This document shows, in pieces, positions 11,514 through 21,610 of a stretch of 64,000 nucleotides of DNA. Within the stretch, counting starts at the first letter, position 1. The number at the start of each line of letters is the position of its first letter. The notes beneath the pieces were generated by a model, which saw nothing but the letters and a program-made list of their open reading frames with translations, was not told the origin of the DNA and searched no databases. The stretch is from contig CAVTRY010000011.1 in assembly GCA_963737265.1 (NCBI GenBank), positions 1,312,001-1,376,000 on the forward strand, written 5' to 3'. The stretch is from an uncultured delta proteobacterium (GTDB taxonomy: Bacteria; Myxococcota_A; Polyangia; Fen-1088). The translations under genes were made by a program, and so were the position numbers.

Positions 11514-11948
11514 CTACGGCTTGGCCATCTTTTCACAATCGGCCATGCCCGCGACCGGTGCGCCCGCGACCAAACGTCCGCTGCTGTAGTCGCCTTCGGC
11601 GACCAAGCTTCCAAGAGCATCCCACTGCTTCCACTTGCCGAACTTGGCCCCGCCCGTGAACTGACCGTGCACCCACGCCTTGCCGCTCGGGTGCCACGCC
11701 GTGAACGACCCTTCGGGCTTGCCGTTGCGGTAGCCGCAACTCTGCCTGAGCTGCGTGCCGCCGGTGTGCCATTCCACCCACTGCGAACGGAGCTTGTCAC
11801 GCGATTCACACCACAGCGATTTCCCCGCCACGGATCGCGCCGCGACCGGCGACGTGCCTTGCGGGCAAAAGGGCGACGTCTCGTGCTTGCAAGCTAGCAA
11901 GCCCCACAGAACCGGCACCATCACGAGCACATAGCGCGGCATGGACAT
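11514..11948 (-). CDS. Hypothetical lipoprotein with MORN-variant/YwqK-like repeats
   Basis: Lipobox LLAC; repeats of type G-x-W-x-x-W-H-x-x-G (YRNGKPEGSFTAWHPSG, FGKWKQWDALG). Confidence 0.7.
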   Translation of the reverse strand: MSMPRYVLVMVPVLWGLLACKHETSPFCPQGTSPVAARSVAGKSLWCESRDKLRSQWVEWHTGGTQLRQSCGYRNGKPEGSFTAWHPSGKAWVHGQFTGGAKFGKWKQWDALGSLVAEGDYSSGRLVAGAPVAGMADCEKMAKP

Positions 11949-12058
11949 GCAGTGTCTCCTGGCCCTTAGCATCGGAAGCATTGGCAGGAATATCAAGTGG
12001 AGAGCGTTGCGACTTCGTTGACCGCCCGCACCCTTTGCGCAATCCTCGAAGACGCGTG

Positions 12059-12772
12059 ATGGTCGAGGAAGAACACAACGCAGCCGCTTGTCCGCGCATT
12101 TCCGTCGTGGTCATGGCCTTCAACGAGGCGGCCGGGCTCGCGCCGGTCGCGCGCGAAATCCTCGACCAGCTTTGCCGACTCGGCGCCACCTACGAGATCC
12201 TCATCGTCGACGACGGCAGCTCGGACGGCACCGGCCGCATCGCCGACGAATTGGCCGCGACCTTGCCCGGCGTGCGCGTGTGGCACCACGACGTCAATCG
12301 AGGCCTTGGCGCCGTCTACCGCACCGGCTTCGCGCAGACGCGCGGCGACCTGCTGACGTTCTTTCCCGCCGACGGCCAGTTTCCCGCCACCATCATCGGC
12401 CTCTACCTCGGCGCCATCGCCGACACCGATATGATACTCGGCACCCTCCCCGACCGCCGCGGCTCGCTCGTCGCCAAGGCGCTGTCCCTCGCCGAGCGCT
12501 TGCTTCTGCGCGCCCTTTTCGGCCACTTCCCCCGCTTTCAGGGCATCCTGATGTTCCGCCGCTCGATGCTCGACTGCACGACGCTGGTTTCCCAAGGTCG
12601 CGGCTGGACCGTGCTGATGGAATTCATCCTGCGCCAGGCGCGCGCCGGCGCACGCATCAAGAACATTGCCATCACCATGCGCCCGCGTGCGAGCGGCACC
12701 TCGAAAGTGAACAACCTGCGCAACATCACCTCGAACCTGCGCCAGATGTTCGCGTTGCGGCTGTCGCTGTGA
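12059..12772 (+). CDS. Glycosyltransferase family 2 (DPM-synthase-like)
   Basis: ISVVVMAFNE, IVDDGSSDGT, NRGLG and ADGQF motifs. Confidence 0.9.
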   Translation: MVEEEHNAAACPRISVVVMAFNEAAGLAPVAREILDQLCRLGATYEILIVDDGSSDGTGRIADELAATLPGVRVWHHDVNRGLGAVYRTGFAQTRGDLLTFFPADGQFPATIIGLYLGAIADTDMILGTLPDRRGSLVAKALSLAERLLLRALFGHFPRFQGILMFRRSMLDCTTLVSQGRGWTVLMEFILRQARAGARIKNIAITMRPRASGTSKVNNLRNITSNLRQMFALRLSL

Positions 12773-12779
12773 TACGTGG

Positions 12780-13200
12780 CAGAGGCTGCGAAAGTATTGA
12801 ACGGTAGCCGGACGGCGAACGGGGCCGGGCCACGCCGAGCCTCGACGAACGATCTCGCCCCGTAAGTATAGCCCAAATCCTCGCGCAACCGGCTATTCAG
12901 CCGACTGGTGACCATTTCTCCCAAGAGCTGGTTCATCAATGCCATCGCACCAAAATCGGCATCCGACACGGCCGGCCCGACCGCGCGGCGATGGTGAACA
13001 GCGATTGCGACAGCGTGGGTCGGTCGATGATGGTAATGGCGGCGGATGGTGGACCGCCCAAGGGCGCCTCAGGCGCCGGATCGCGCTCGGGCGCCGGTGC
13101 GCGCGAACCGGTGAAAGCCGCCTGAGCCAAAGTGGTCAACTGAACCATCGCGACATCACCCACCGCCACGACAACGGTCTGGTCGGGCGTGACTTGCTCT
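12780..13200 (-). pseudogene. M16 (pitrilysin/PqqL-like) zinc peptidase internal fragment
   Basis: VVVAVGD..., MNQLLGEMVTSRLNSRLREDLGYTYGARS; frameshifted and truncated at both ends. Confidence 0.75.
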
Positions 13201-13411
13201 GCGAAGCAGCGCGATCAGCGAAATGACGAACGACCACACGCCCCTTTCCTGATTCTCTTTTGGACCGTGGCCGTGATGGCCGCTGTGATTCAAGGCAAAC
13301 AAGCGCCATTCTACAGGCTTATCAGCCTTCGCAATAGGGCGGTCGCCGTCCACAGCCCGTAGGCTTTGGCTTGCCGGTCACCGCAGACGCGACGCCGTTG
13401 TATTCTTTTCT

Positions 13412-14128
13412 TCAGTTGAAGGTCGCGGAAAATAGCAGCGAAGCTGCGGTTGCGGTCATGCGGGCGTCAGCCAATGGATCCCTCATGCTCGCCACGTGAA
13501 CCTGACCGGCAAGCCCTATGCCCAAACGCCGGCGCACCCACCATTCCTTCCCGACCATGAAGCTGGCGCCGACGCCGAGGTCGGTATCGCCGGCGGAAAC
13601 ATCGGTGCCCGTGTAGCTTACGTACACCTTGCTGAAGGCCAAGGTACCCGAAAGGTAAACATTGATTGGCTCGATGTAGTACGCAATGCCCGGGCCGAAT
13701 CCCAACAAGGTGAGATCGTAGCCCGACGAACCCACGCCGCCGCCGCCACTGACGTCGGCGTCGGTGATGGTCGTGCCGAGGATTTCGCCAAAGATGATTA
13801 GGTCAGGTGCGACGGCGCCGCCGAATGCACCGCCGAAGGTTCCACCAACTCCGGAGAAAGTTAGGCCGGCCTCCGACGCGCTCAGGTAGCCGAAGCCGGC
13901 ATCGAATCGCACGAAGAGGCCACTATGCGGAGCGTAGTCGTAGTAGTACGGCGCTTCTTGGTGGTGCCGGTAGTATCCCGGTGGCGGGGCCGGCGGGGGA
14001 CCATACCCAGGCGGCGGGGGGCCATAAGCGGGTTCGTAGTACGGTTGGGCAAGAGCTGGGCGTTCGCAGAGCAGCACTGCGCCGCTTGCGAGAGCAAACA
14101 GGAAGAGCAATCGAGAGGTTAGGTGCAT
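13412..14128 (-). CDS. Hypothetical exported protein, Pro/Tyr-rich N-terminus and beta-barrel-like C-terminus
   Basis: Signal peptide, YGPPPPGYGPPP, then amphipathic strands ending GKEWWV...FSATFN; AGGAG-like RBS. Confidence 0.75.
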   Translation of the reverse strand: MHLTSRLLFLFALASGAVLLCERPALAQPYYEPAYGPPPPGYGPPPAPPPGYYRHHQEAPYYYDYAPHSGLFVRFDAGFGYLSASEAGLTFSGVGGTFGGAFGGAVAPDLIIFGEILGTTITDADVSGGGGVGSSGYDLTLLGFGPGIAYYIEPINVYLSGTLAFSKVYVSYTGTDVSAGDTDLGVGASFMVGKEWWVRRRLGIGLAGQVHVASMRDPLADARMTATAASLLFSATFN

Positions 14129-14434
14129 GCGCCAATTCCTCCTAGATGAGATCGGAAAGACCGAATAGCGGTTTCGGCCCAACCGTCGATGAATTCTTAC
14201 TACCTTTGACGGCCGGGCGCCCATCGGTATTCAAAGATGTTCTCGCAATGCGCCACGGCGCATTGCCCTGCCAAAGCGCAAGGGACACGGCCCTCCCTTC
14301 AACAATCTTCAAGACGGGTCCATTTATGGACACGTCTTGAGTGGAAATTTGGCCAAGACCGGGCAACGTGGGACGGTGGCGTTGCAGTCCCGGCGAGGTC
14401 CTTCGGGACTTGGCTATTCAGAAAGGCGACACGC

Positions 14435-15724
14435 ATGGCAGTCAATACGAAGAACGTTCTCAGCGTCATCTTAGGCGGCGGCGCGGGCACTCGATTATTC
14501 CCGCTCACCAAGGATCGGGCCAAGCCCGCGGTGCCGCTGGCGGGCAAGTACCGCCTGGTGGATATCCCCATTTCCAACTGCATCAACTCGGAGCTACGCA
14601 ACATCTACGTACTCACGCAGTTTCAGTCCGCCTCCATGCACAAGCACATCTCTGGATCCTACAAATTCGACCCATTCACCGGCGGCTTCGTCGAGATTCT
14701 GGCCGCGCAGCAGACCTTTTCCGACGCCTCGTGGTGGCAGGGCACCGCGGACGCGGTCCGCAAGAACATGATCCACTTTCTGACCCACGGGCCAGAGTAC
14801 ATTCTGATCCTGAGCGGCGACCAACTGTACCGCATGGATTTCCGGGACATCCTGCAGCAGCACCAAGACACCGGCGCCGAGATCACCATCGCCACGATTC
14901 CGGTGATTCGCCGCGACGCCAGCGCTCTCGGCATCATGCAAATGGACGCGGATCGTCGCATCCACCGCTTCGTCGAGAAACCCAAGGACGAGGCCGTGCT
15001 GGACAGTCTGCGCCTGCCGCGCGAGTGGTACGGCCGACTTCACCTCGGAAGCAAGGACGACCTGTACCTTGCCTCCATGGGCATCTACGTCTTCAACCGC
15101 GACGTGCTGGTGCAGGTACTCGAGAACGACCAAACCGACTTCGGCAAGCACATCATTCCGGGCGCCATCGGTTCTCGCTCGGTGTTTTCGTACGTGTTCC
15201 AGGGCTATTGGGAAGACATCGGAACCATTCGCGCCTTCTTCGAGGCGCATCTGGACCTAGCGGCGGAGCTGCCGCGCTTCAGTTTCTTCGACATGACGGC
15301 GCCCATTTTCAGCCGCCCGCGCTGGTTGCCCGGGTCGAAGATCAACGGCGGCACCTTGGATCACGCCATGCTGTGCGACGGTTGCATCGTCAACGGCGGG
15401 CACATCGAAAACTCGGTCATCGGCATTCGCAGCATCATCGGCATCGGCTGCAAGATTTCGCGCACGGTGATGATGGGTTGCGACTACTACGAGTCGATGG
15501 AATCCATTCAATCCCACGAAGCGCAAGGCTTGCCTCGCATCGGCATCGGTAAAAACGCGCGCATCGAAAATGCCATCATCGACAAGAACGCGCGCATCGG
15601 CGACGAGGTCGTGATTTCGCCCGCTGACAAGGCCGACAATGTCGACCATCCGCTCTACTACATTCGTGACGGCATCGTGATCATTCCAAAGAACGCCGTC
15701 ATCCCATCCGGAACTGTTATCTGA
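14435..15724 (+). CDS. glgC: Glucose-1-phosphate adenylyltransferase (plant/cyanobacterial-like type)
   Basis: ILGGGAGTRLFPLTKDRAKPAVPLAGKYRLVDIPISNCINS, QGTADAVR, GYWEDIGT, NAIIDKNARIG and IRDGIVIIPKN motifs. Confidence 0.95.
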   Translation: MAVNTKNVLSVILGGGAGTRLFPLTKDRAKPAVPLAGKYRLVDIPISNCINSELRNIYVLTQFQSASMHKHISGSYKFDPFTGGFVEILAAQQTFSDASWWQGTADAVRKNMIHFLTHGPEYILILSGDQLYRMDFRDILQQHQDTGAEITIATIPVIRRDASALGIMQMDADRRIHRFVEKPKDEAVLDSLRLPREWYGRLHLGSKDDLYLASMGIYVFNRDVLVQVLENDQTDFGKHIIPGAIGSRSVFSYVFQGYWEDIGTIRAFFEAHLDLAAELPRFSFFDMTAPIFSRPRWLPGSKINGGTLDHAMLCDGCIVNGGHIENSVIGIRSIIGIGCKISRTVMMGCDYYESMESIQSHEAQGLPRIGIGKNARIENAIIDKNARIGDEVVISPADKADNVDHPLYYIRDGIVIIPKNAVIPSGTVI

Positions 15725-15829
15725 AGACGTGTCCATCAATCGCTCCCGTCTGCGCAAAGGACGAAAGCGCCAGAATCTCAACCACCTGCATGGCCGGCAC
15801 CGGAAATTTCAGCCGCGCTTGTATTAGAT

Positions 15830-16150
15830 AGACAGTGACGTTTGTGGCGTCTGGGAAACCGATTTGCGTTGTCTTCTTCAAAGTGGTGCCGTTGTAGACC
15901 TGGATGTGGATGTGCGTCGCGCGCGGACTGTACCAGCCCGGGTAGATGCACTTGAAGGTCACTTGCCCCGCGCTGTCCGTGGTCTGCACGCCGCGCAGGT
16001 AGGTCGTCGAGGTCGAGCCTTCGTTCGTGCTGTTGGCGTACTCGGAGTACACCCCGCCCGCGTCGCAACACCAGATCTCGACGTGGGCGCCCGCGATCGG
16101 CGCGCACGCGTTGGCCGCGTCCACGATGGTGAGGGTCAACGTCAGCATGA
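15830..16150 (-). pseudogene. Intradiol ring-cleavage dioxygenase-like fragment
   Basis: PIAGAHVEIWCCDAGGVYS..LRGVQTTD..FKCIYPGWYSPRATHIH; both ends missing. Confidence 0.75.
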
Positions 16151-16484
16151 CTGAACACTCCTGCCTACTGGAAGGTTTCACGCGATGGTCGTCCTTGGTA
16201 TCTGGCTGAGATCGATTCCGCGGGATCGCGCTCGAACCGCAATCCGCGGTCCGCTTGGTGGCGCGACAGTGTGGGGCGCGCCGCCTCGCGATCCGCCCTG
16301 GCGGAGGTCGAATTGCCGTGTCGGATTGCTGTGGACTCGACGAGGATAGCGAGCGGGCGGCAAGGGCAAGGTCGAGCTCATGTTGAAGGCCAAAGGGGAT
16401 GGCAAGACGGTGTCCTATCGAACCGAGGTGGCGATTGCGGACGAAATACGCCGGCCTTAGACAGCCACTACCGTTTTCAAGGCA

Positions 16485-16865
16485 GTGGCCATATTGACGT
16501 TTCTGCTGGGCGCGGTGCTGCACTCGCTCAACATCATCCTCGGGCCGCAGCGCTTCCTGCGTGACGTGTTTTCCCCTCGTGTGGAGGTGGTATTCGCGAT
16601 GCTCATGATCATCGCGTCGGTGTCGGGCTGGATGTCGTGGAAGCGCTTCACCGGCAATCCGTGGATGCGTGTCGTCTATGGCTTCGCGCTGGTGCTGATC
16701 ACCCTGAGCATTCCGATCCACGTACGCTCGGTGGTCATCTGGAGCACCGCCTGGGTCGGCTCGTTCCCGAAATACTACAGCCACGTCGAGGTGCCGATGT
16801 TTCTCGCGCTGATGGTGCTCGTGAGCCGCCTGCGTTTTCACGGTCCCCCGCATGGCGACGATTGA
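16485..16865 (+). CDS. Small hypothetical membrane protein
   Basis: 126 aa with about 4 hydrophobic segments; start uncertain. Confidence 0.55.
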   Translation: MAILTFLLGAVLHSLNIILGPQRFLRDVFSPRVEVVFAMLMIIASVSGWMSWKRFTGNPWMRVVYGFALVLITLSIPIHVRSVVIWSTAWVGSFPKYYSHVEVPMFLALMVLVSRLRFHGPPHGDD

Positions 16866-16989
16866 CAGCGGCGCGCCGCTATTGCGCCAGCGCGGCCGTC
16901 GCGACCATGAACCACGCGGCGTGTGGGATCCACTGCTCGACCGAGCGCCAGTCGTCGCCGCAGGTGCTATAGGGCGTGAGCCCCGGGCT

Positions 16990-17730
16990 ATGAACATCAC
17001 CTTCGACAGATCGGCAGCGGCATGCGCAAAACCTGCGACCGGTTACACCTATGCCCGCCGGGAGCCGGAAAAGACTGCCCTTTTCCAGGTGCTCCAGCAG
17101 CACCTTCTGACCTTCGCGCAAGAGTGGACCGACAAGTCCGACGGCCGCACGCTGCCCAGCTTCGTGACCGACGAGCTGCACGACTTCCTAGGCTGTGGAA
17201 TCTTGGCGCGAGGCTTCGCGCAACTTTTGTGTAAGACCTGCCACCAGCGGTATGCAGTGGCCTGGAGCTGCAAAGGTCGCGGCTTCTGTCCGAGCTGCGG
17301 CGGCAGACGCATGAACGCGGGCGCCCTGACTCTGGTCGACCACGTCCTGCCCGAAGTGCCCATCCGACAATTCGTGCTGACCGTGCCTTTCTCGCTGAGA
17401 TTTCCCTTGGCCTTCGACGGAAAATTGCTCGGCCAAGTCCTGCGCATCTTCATCGACACCGTGGCGTCCAACTATCGCAGGCGCATGGCAGATCGGGGTA
17501 TTGCCGACGGCGAGTCTGGCGCCGTCACGGTCATCCAGCGCGCCAACAGCGACCTGCGTCTCTCCCCGCATTTTCATGTCCTCCAGCTCGATGGCGTGTA
17601 CGCCCCTGGCCGCGACGGCGGTTCCCCCATCTTCCACCCGGCGCCGGAACTTACCCAAGAGGATGTCCTTGCCATCGTCGAACACACCAGTAAGCGCATC
17701 CTCCGCTTCCTAAAGCGTCGCGGGGTCATC
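16990..17730 (+). pseudogene. IS91-like (Y2, zinc-binding) transposase, N-terminal part (type A)
   Basis: YARREPEKT.L, CGILARGF, CKGRGFCPSCGGRRM, RQFVLTVP and PHFH (HUH) motifs; homology stops near 17730. Confidence 0.85.
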
Positions 17731-17737
17731 AGCCCGC

Positions 17738-17915
17738 GATGCGGGAACTTGCGTCCGCGCCGCCATCAGCCCATCCGAGGCAGGTGTCGAAATGGATCTC
17801 GGTTCGATCCCACCCCCAGCGTCGAACCGGCCCAAGCGCAGGTGGAAGGCGTTGTCGTCGAATCTCTCGCTGACCTTCGCGCCAACAAGCTGACCTGCCT
17901 CCTCTCCCGCGCGCG
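17738..17915 (+). pseudogene. Probable AbiEii/AbiGii-like nucleotidyltransferase fragment
   Basis: DAGTCVRA...MDL / DPTPSVEPAQAQVEGVVVESLADLRANKLTCLLSR resembles the conserved 'xxKLxxLLSR' region of this family; recognised from memory, not searched. Confidence 0.45.
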
Positions 17916-17930
17916 GATCCCAACCCGACC

Positions 17931-17965
17931 TTGACTAAGCTAGCCTGTTAATCTAGCCTGTTGTC
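17931..17965 (+). promoter_or_regulatory. Sigma-70-like promoter with direct-repeat operator for the TA operon (probably leaderless)
   Basis: TTGACT (17931)-17 bp-TAGCCT (17954); ATG at 17966; direct repeat CTAGCCTGTT at 17940 and 17953. Confidence 0.55.
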
Positions 17966-18217
17966 ATGAAGACGAGCGAAGCATCGATGGGCGCCTTCGA
18001 GGCGAAAAACCGATTCTCGGAGCTGATCGAGCGGGTTGGCCACGGCGCCGAGGTCATCATCACCAAACACGACCGTCCCGTGGCCAAGCTCGTTCCCGTT
18101 TCCGCCTCCCTGGATGCGGAACGGCAAAGGGCGACGATCGAACTGCGCGCGCTAAGCAAACGCTACAGCTTGAAGGGCCTTTCTCTTCGCAAACTTGTCG
18201 AAGAAGGGCGCCGGTGA
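17966..18217 (+). CDS. Phd/YefM-family antitoxin
   Basis: GAFEAKNRFSELIERV..G.EVIITKHDRPVAKLVP; overlaps the toxin start (GTGA). Confidence 0.9.
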   Translation: MKTSEASMGAFEAKNRFSELIERVGHGAEVIITKHDRPVAKLVPVSASLDAERQRATIELRALSKRYSLKGLSLRKLVEEGRR

Positions 18218-18633
18218 GTCTGGAATTCGTGCTCGATTGCTCGGCCACTTTGCCGTGGCTTTTCGCCTCGGAGGCAACGCCTGCAACCCATCGACTGCTC
18301 AACCAACTCTCCCATGGCGCGAAGGCCTGGGTGCCGAGCCTCTGGCACTTGGAGGTGGGCAACGTGCTCCTGGGCGCGCAACGCCGGGGGCGAGTGGACA
18401 AGGCGGGGATTGAGAAGTTCTTCGCCAGCCTTGCGGTCTACGACATCGAGGTCGACTGCAAAACCGTCGCCCTTGCCTGGTCGAAGACGTTTGCCCTCGG
18501 CGAGACGTTCGGGCTCACAATCTATGATGCCGCCTATCTGGAACTGGCCTTGAGGCGGGGCATTCCACTCGCGAGCCTGGACAAGACGCTCGTCGCGGCA
18601 ACAAAAAAAGCTGGCGGCCGAGTCCTTCTTTAG
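18214..18633 (+). CDS. vapC: VapC PIN-domain toxin
   Basis: FVLDCS, LWHLEVGN, LTIYDAAYLELA and LASLD motifs. Confidence 0.9.
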   Translation: MSLEFVLDCSATLPWLFASEATPATHRLLNQLSHGAKAWVPSLWHLEVGNVLLGAQRRGRVDKAGIEKFFASLAVYDIEVDCKTVALAWSKTFALGETFGLTIYDAAYLELALRRGIPLASLDKTLVAATKKAGGRVLL

Positions 18634-18739
18634 TTGTCCCGGAGATCCCTGGACAAGCTGATCTAGTTATTCCCGTGGGGGAAGAAGCTGTAGGAAAAGA
18701 CGCTGCCAAATCGGTCGAAGGTGATGGCGCCGAAGAGAT

Positions 18740-18965
18740 TCACCGCAATGCTCCACGAGCGTGACGGCTTCGCGGTAGGGCGACGGCAAGCGAGCAATGA
18801 AGGGAGCGATACAGGCGGTCAGCTCGTGGGCGGTATCGGGTTCCTCATCGCTCACCGGCCGCTCCCCATCGGCGAGCTTCGAGTCGCGCGCTTGTGCCCG
18901 GTAGCGGTCGGAGATGGCATTGCGAACCACCCGGTAAATCCACGGTCCGAAGCGGTCCGAGTATC
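18740..18965 (-). pseudogene. ECF sigma factor (SigZ-like) fragment
   Basis: DRFGPWIYRVVRNAISDRYR...LTACIAPFIARLPSPYREAVTLVE; both ends missing. Confidence 0.65.
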
Positions 18966-19140
18966 AAGGACGAGGCCATCGCCAAGAAGATCCTCGTGGC
19001 CATGCACCTGCCCGCAGAGGCACCCGAGCTTCACCCCGCGCGCCCGCCCGCCCGCCTCCCGCGCGCGAGCAGGAGGCGCGGGAGACGGAAGACTGGCTCA
19101 ACTGATCAAGCGACCCGCGCAAGGCGCGATGGGGTAGACC
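18962..19140 (+). pseudogene. IS91-like transposase C-terminal remnant
   Basis: IKDEAIAKKILVAMHLPAEAPELHPARPP parallels the C-terminus of the intact copy (ENIARFLRHLGEPTEPPPLAPARAPP). Confidence 0.6.
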
Positions 19141-19330
19141 ACGCCCCGGTTCCCATGCCCAAGCGTTTTGCTGAACAGATAGAAGATCGAAAACAGCATG
19201 ATTACGATGTGCAGCGCGGTGGAGAACATGCTGGAACCGCGAGCCCACCATCGACTCAGACGGGACCATCCACGTCGGGCGTACCGCTCCGCACGCAACT
19301 TTTTCCGCAACCTGACCGACACGATCAACG

Positions 19331-20887
19331 GTGCATTCCTCAGCGCCGTTGCCCACGTCTGCCCTGGGCGCACGGGTGGCAAAGCCTGGCGTCGAGGGCT
19401 TCGTCTATTCGCGCAGGCAACCCGAGCTGGGCACTCTCCATCGGGTGGTGCGTGAAAACATTCGGACGCTCTACGCCGCCGCCGAGGACGGCTTCGCCGG
19501 GGCCAGGCTGCCCGAGTTCGTGCGCCAGGAGTTTGCAGGGTACTTGGATTGCGGCCTGCTATGCCGAGGCTTTGCAGCGCTCCGATGCGAGGACTGCGGC
19601 GAGCACATGGTCGTGGCGTGGAGCTGCAAGTCGCGCGGATTTTGCCCCTCGTGTACGGGTAGACGAATGGCACAGACCGCGACGAATTGGCTCGAACACG
19701 TGCTGCCAGCAACTCCCCTGCGACAGTTCGTGGTAACTTTCCCCTTCGAGCTTCGCCAGCGTCTGGCCTACGATGGCAAGACCCTCCGCGCGGTCGGCAG
19801 GATCTTCATGGACTCGGTTCTTGGATGGTATCGACGCCGAATGCGCGACGAAGGCATTCGCGACGGCCGCAGCGGTGCGGTCATGGTCGCGCAGCGGAAC
19901 AACGCCGACGTGAAGCTTAACCCGCACCTGCACGCCATTTTCGTCGATGGTGTCTTTGCGACCGTGCCCGACGGCAAGCCGGTCTTCCACGCCCTGCCAC
20001 GCCTCTCGACCGAGGAGGTCGGCGACCTCTTGCAGGTGGTGCGTGCCCGCGTCCTCGCACACCTCGTCCGCCGTGGCATCATCGAGCCTGGCTCCGACCT
20101 GACCGTGCTCGACGACGGCTTCGCCGAGCGCGAGCCGGCCCTGGCCCAGTTGGCCGCTGCCGCCGCGTCTGGCCTGCCGCCTGCTGGCCCCGAGTTGCGC
20201 CGCCGCCCCGAACCCGTGATGCTGCGCGGCCACCCCGGCGTCGAAGTGACAGCGCCCCTTTCCGTCACCGAGTTCGGGTTCTCCCTGCATGCTGCCACTC
20301 GCGCTGGCGCCGAAGACGCTCGTGGCCGCGAAGCCCTGTGCAAGTACGTGCTTCGCCCGCCCCTGGCCCAAGAGCGCCTGAGCCTCCTGCCAGACGGTCT
20401 GGTCCGCATCACGCTCCGCAAGCCTTTCCGAGACGGCACCTACGCCGTCGACATGGATCCGCTCTCGTTGCTTTGCCGTCTTGCCACCACGATTCCTCCG
20501 CCAAGGTTGCATGGGGTGCGCTACTCCGGTGTTCTCGCCCCCGCCGCAAAGCTCCGCCCTCTGATCGTGCCGCTACCCCCGCCTCCGCCCCAGGGCGATG
20601 CCGCCAAACCCGCAAGCACCCCCCCTACCCATCGTTGCGCCTACATCCCGTGTGCCATCCTCGCCAAGAAAACCTTCAAGGAAGACATCGACCGTTGCCC
20701 GAAGTGCGGGGGCAAGATGAAGCTCAAATCGCTGGTGCAGGAGCCCGAGAACATCGCCAGGTTCCTGCGCCACCTGGGAGAGCCGACCGAGCCACCACCC
20801 CTGGCCCCGGCGAGGGCGCCGCCCTACTGGAAGGTTCGCGAGCTGCGCCGCAAGCCCCATGCTCAGACCGATATGTTCCACGCCTAG
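19331..20887 (+). CDS. IS91-family rolling-circle transposase (type B), apparently intact
   Basis: Zinc-binding CEDC / CKSRGFCPSC, HUH motif NPHLH, catalytic YVLRPP, RYSGVLAP, C-terminal CPKCGG; start (GTG) uncertain. Confidence 0.92.
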   Translation: MHSSAPLPTSALGARVAKPGVEGFVYSRRQPELGTLHRVVRENIRTLYAAAEDGFAGARLPEFVRQEFAGYLDCGLLCRGFAALRCEDCGEHMVVAWSCKSRGFCPSCTGRRMAQTATNWLEHVLPATPLRQFVVTFPFELRQRLAYDGKTLRAVGRIFMDSVLGWYRRRMRDEGIRDGRSGAVMVAQRNNADVKLNPHLHAIFVDGVFATVPDGKPVFHALPRLSTEEVGDLLQVVRARVLAHLVRRGIIEPGSDLTVLDDGFAEREPALAQLAAAAASGLPPAGPELRRRPEPVMLRGHPGVEVTAPLSVTEFGFSLHAATRAGAEDARGREALCKYVLRPPLAQERLSLLPDGLVRITLRKPFRDGTYAVDMDPLSLLCRLATTIPPPRLHGVRYSGVLAPAAKLRPLIVPLPPPPPQGDAAKPASTPPTHRCAYIPCAILAKKTFKEDIDRCPKCGGKMKLKSLVQEPENIARFLRHLGEPTEPPPLAPARAPPYWKVRELRRKPHAQTDMFHA

Positions 20888-21086
20888 CCCAAGCAGCCCG
20901 TAGACCGCGCCGCCCGGGCCGCCGTCTGCCCGAAGACGCCATTGCCGCTCTATGCTGCCGCCCAAGGTGACCAAAACCCTGTCCTCGTCCCCTCCTTCTT
21001 GGGCTCCCTCCCCGGGCTGGCAACCCCGTCCAGGCCCTTCTCACCCGGTTTTCGAACCCTGGCCCCCGCTTGTTTCCCTTACGCGT
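19331..21086 (+). mobile_element. IS91-like element copy 1, conserved 3' (ori-like) end ...TTGTTTCCCTTACGCGT
   Basis: The terminal sequence recurs at 42271-42377 (+) and 43144-43365 (-), and the flanks differ immediately after ACGCGT. The 5' boundary is not determined. Confidence 0.8.
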
Positions 21087-21610
21087 CCCAAGATTCGCCG
21101 AAGGCCAGCATGGCCTCGTAAAAGGTCAGGTTGTGGTCGGCCGGGATGCCTTCGTTGGCCTTCTTCAAACCCAGAAGAAGCCTTGGCGAGATGCCGTAGA
21201 TGTGGTTCTTCTTGTAGCAATCGTGGTTTCCCGTCACCGCGAACGCCGGTTTGCCTTTGCTCGCGTAGAAGTTCCGGATCGCCGTGAAGAAGGCGATGTA
21301 GTCGACGTAGGATTGGTAGTTGCGTTTGTAGTTGTTGTCGACGTCGACCAGATCCCAGATGGCGGCGGCGCTTGGAGAGCGCAGCTTTTCCGCGCCGACG
21401 CCGTTGTGATAGGGGAAGGCATTGTCGACGTGCTCGATAAGGTCGCCGACGACGAGCAGCACGTCGATGCCCTTGTTGTCGAGGGCATCGAGGATCGACA
21501 GAAATGAACGCTCGAAGGTGTTCATCATCGAGCCGATGACTGGCGATTCCGCGGTTCCGGATTCGGCATCGATCACGCGCGCCGGGGCTTTTGGCCAAGA
21601 GCTTCCAAGT
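21087..21610 (-). pseudogene. Internal fragment of a metallophosphoesterase paralog, cut by the IS91-like end
   Basis: ARVIDAESGTAESPVIG..GDLIEHVDNA..TGNHD..ANEGIPADHNLTFYE aligns with the 895-aa protein at 22857-25544. Confidence 0.85.

Noticed and set aside
15717-17000. 427-aa ORF as an intact dioxygenase
   Set aside because: Only about 105 residues are dioxygenase-like; the rest is antisense to a membrane gene or junk.
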